Below, piece by piece: positions 62,879-64,000 of a stretch of 64,000 nt of DNA. The translations under genes and the position numbers were made by a program. The DNA is from an uncultured Planctomycetia bacterium (GTDB lineage Bacteria; Planctomycetota; MHYJ01; WSZJ01): positions 2,704 through 66,703 of the forward strand of contig CAVPNQ010000116.1 in the NCBI GenBank assembly GCA_963706735.1, in the 5' to 3' direction. The stretch's first letter is position 1. Every line of letters begins with the position of its first letter. Under the pieces are notes generated by a model that was given only the letters and a program-made list of their open reading frames with translations, was not told the origin of the DNA and ran no database searches.

Positions 62879-63670
62879 CTAGGCTTTCGACCAGCGCGGC
62901 TTTCGTTTTTCGAGGAACGCGTGCAGTCCTTCCTGTCCTTCGACGCCGACGCGGAGGCGCGCGATGGTTTCGACGCACACCTTGTCGGCGGTTTCCGGGC
63001 GGTCGATCATTTCGCGCACGAGGGCCTTGGCCTCGCCCATCGCCTTGGGCCCGCTCGAGCGCAGGCCGTTGACGACCTCGGCGACTTTCGCGTCCAGCTG
63101 GTCCGGCGCGACCACGTAGTGAACCAGCCCGATGTGCCGGGCCTCGAGGGCGCCGAAGCGGTTCCCGAGGAGGAAATGGTGCCGGGCCTGGGATTCGCCG
63201 ATCTTGCGCACGGCGAACGGGCCGATCGCGGCGGGGACGATGCCGAGCTTGACCTCGGTGAACCCGAACTGCGCTCCCTCCGCGGCGACGGCGATGTCGC
63301 ACGCCGCCACGAGCCCGCATCCGCCGCCCAGCGCGTTCCCCTGGACCCGCGCCACCACCGGCTTCGGGCAGTCGTTCACCGCGTGCAGCATCCCCGAGAG
63401 GCGCTTCGCATCCTCCAGGTTCTGCTTCTTCGTGAACTTCACCGACTTCTGCATCCAGTTCAGGTCGCCGCCCGCGCAGAACGATTTCCCCGCGCCCGCC
63501 ACGACGACCAGCCGGACTTCCTCGTCGCGCCCGATCCGCTCGAAGCAGTCCGTGATCTCCCCGATCGCCGCTTCGTTGAACGCGTTGTGCACCTCGGGCC
63601 GGTTCAGCGTGACGGTGACCATGTCGGCCTGGACCGAGACGAGAAGGTGGTTGTACGCCATTTCAAGCAT
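62879..63670 (-). CDS. liuC: enoyl-CoA hydratase (methylglutaconyl-CoA hydratase by context)
   Basis: VTLNRPEVHNAF, GAGKSFCAGGDL, VQGNALGGGCGLVAACD and EVKLGIVPA are present. Confidence 0.8.
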   Translation of the reverse strand: MLEMAYNHLLVSVQADMVTVTLNRPEVHNAFNEAAIGEITDCFERIGRDEEVRLVVVAGAGKSFCAGGDLNWMQKSVKFTKKQNLEDAKRLSGMLHAVNDCPKPVVARVQGNALGGGCGLVAACDIAVAAEGAQFGFTEVKLGIVPAAIGPFAVRKIGESQARHHFLLGNRFGALEARHIGLVHYVVAPDQLDAKVAEVVNGLRSSGPKAMGEAKALVREMIDRPETADKVCVETIARLRVGVEGQEGLHAFLEKRKPRWSKA

Positions 63671-63696
63671 GGAAATCCCGCGCCTCGAGTTGGAGC

Positions 63697-64000
63697 CTAC
63701 ATCCGGAAGACGGGCCAGTTCGTGTCCGCCACGGGCGCGTTCAGGCTCGCCGAGATCGCCAGCCCCAGCGCCCGCCTCGTGTCCACCGGGTCGATGATCC
63801 CGTCGTCCCACAGCCGCGCCGACGAGTAGAACGGATGCCCTTCCGTCTCGTACTTCTCCAGGATGGGCTTCCTCATCGCCTCGATCTCTGCCGCCGTCAT
63901 CGCCGGCTTCTTCTCGTACACCAGCTGCTCCTGCTTCACCTGCACCAGCACGCTCGCCGCCTGCTCCCCGCCCATCACGCTGATCCGCGCGTTGGGCCAC
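63697..64000 (-). CDS. liuB: methylcrotonyl-CoA carboxylase beta (carboxyltransferase) subunit, C-terminal fragment (5-prime end outside the window)
   Basis: The C-terminus [22 protein letters not shown] is typical of the carboxyltransferase family. The ORF is open to the window edge. Confidence 0.8.
   Translation of the reverse strand, partial: WPNARISVMGGEQAASVLVQVKQEQLVYEKKPAMTAAEIEAMRKPILEKYETEGHPFYSSARLWDDGIIDPVDTRRALGLAISASLNAPVADTNWPVFRM

Overview
This is a visibly GC-rich bacterial chromosomal window with dense coding on both strands. The many long antisense ORFs are shadow ORFs typical of high-GC DNA. I support about 55 protein genes, one tRNA-Ala(GGC), several rho-independent terminators and a set of intergenic long-hairpin repeats. 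No rRNA, CRISPR array, transposase or integrase was seen.

Gene content in order:
- Three tandem secretin-N-domain-like periplasmic paralogs.
- thiE, a ferredoxin-MBL fusion, a Rieske protein, an esterase and a class-A beta-lactamase-like hydrolase.
- An FHA/vWA cluster with two tandem unknown paralogs.
- tRNA-Ala and an M20 amidohydrolase.
- An ECF sigma factor with an anti-sigma protein fused to a vWA domain.
- A large acidic lipoprotein and an envelope-protein cluster.
- rlmN, a CPA2 antiporter and a tryptophanase/tyrosine-phenol-lyase family enzyme.
- A MarR gene followed by a four-subunit class-I benzoyl-CoA-reductase-like locus, facing Had/Dch/SDR/Oah-like ring-processing genes.
- A rhodanese-like ORF interrupted by an in-frame TGA and continuing in frame into a glutathione peroxidase.
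- Two tandem giant (1105 and 1230 aa) GspK-like/LamG-like proteins.
- An acyl-CoA dehydrogenase, mutS2, a H+-pyrophosphatase and a liuBCDE-like leucine catabolism operon.

Most interesting findings:
1. The giant pseudopilin-like pair with conserved AT-rich leaders.
2. The candidate selenocysteine site in the rhodanese-GPx reading frame.
3. The complete-looking anaerobic benzoyl-CoA module.
4. Two families of intergenic long hairpins.
5. The split BC/BCCP carboxylase subunit.

All functional calls rest on motif recognition by eye; no database search was run. The gene repertoire is reminiscent of PVC-group (Planctomycetota-like) bacteria, but taxonomy cannot be established from this window.
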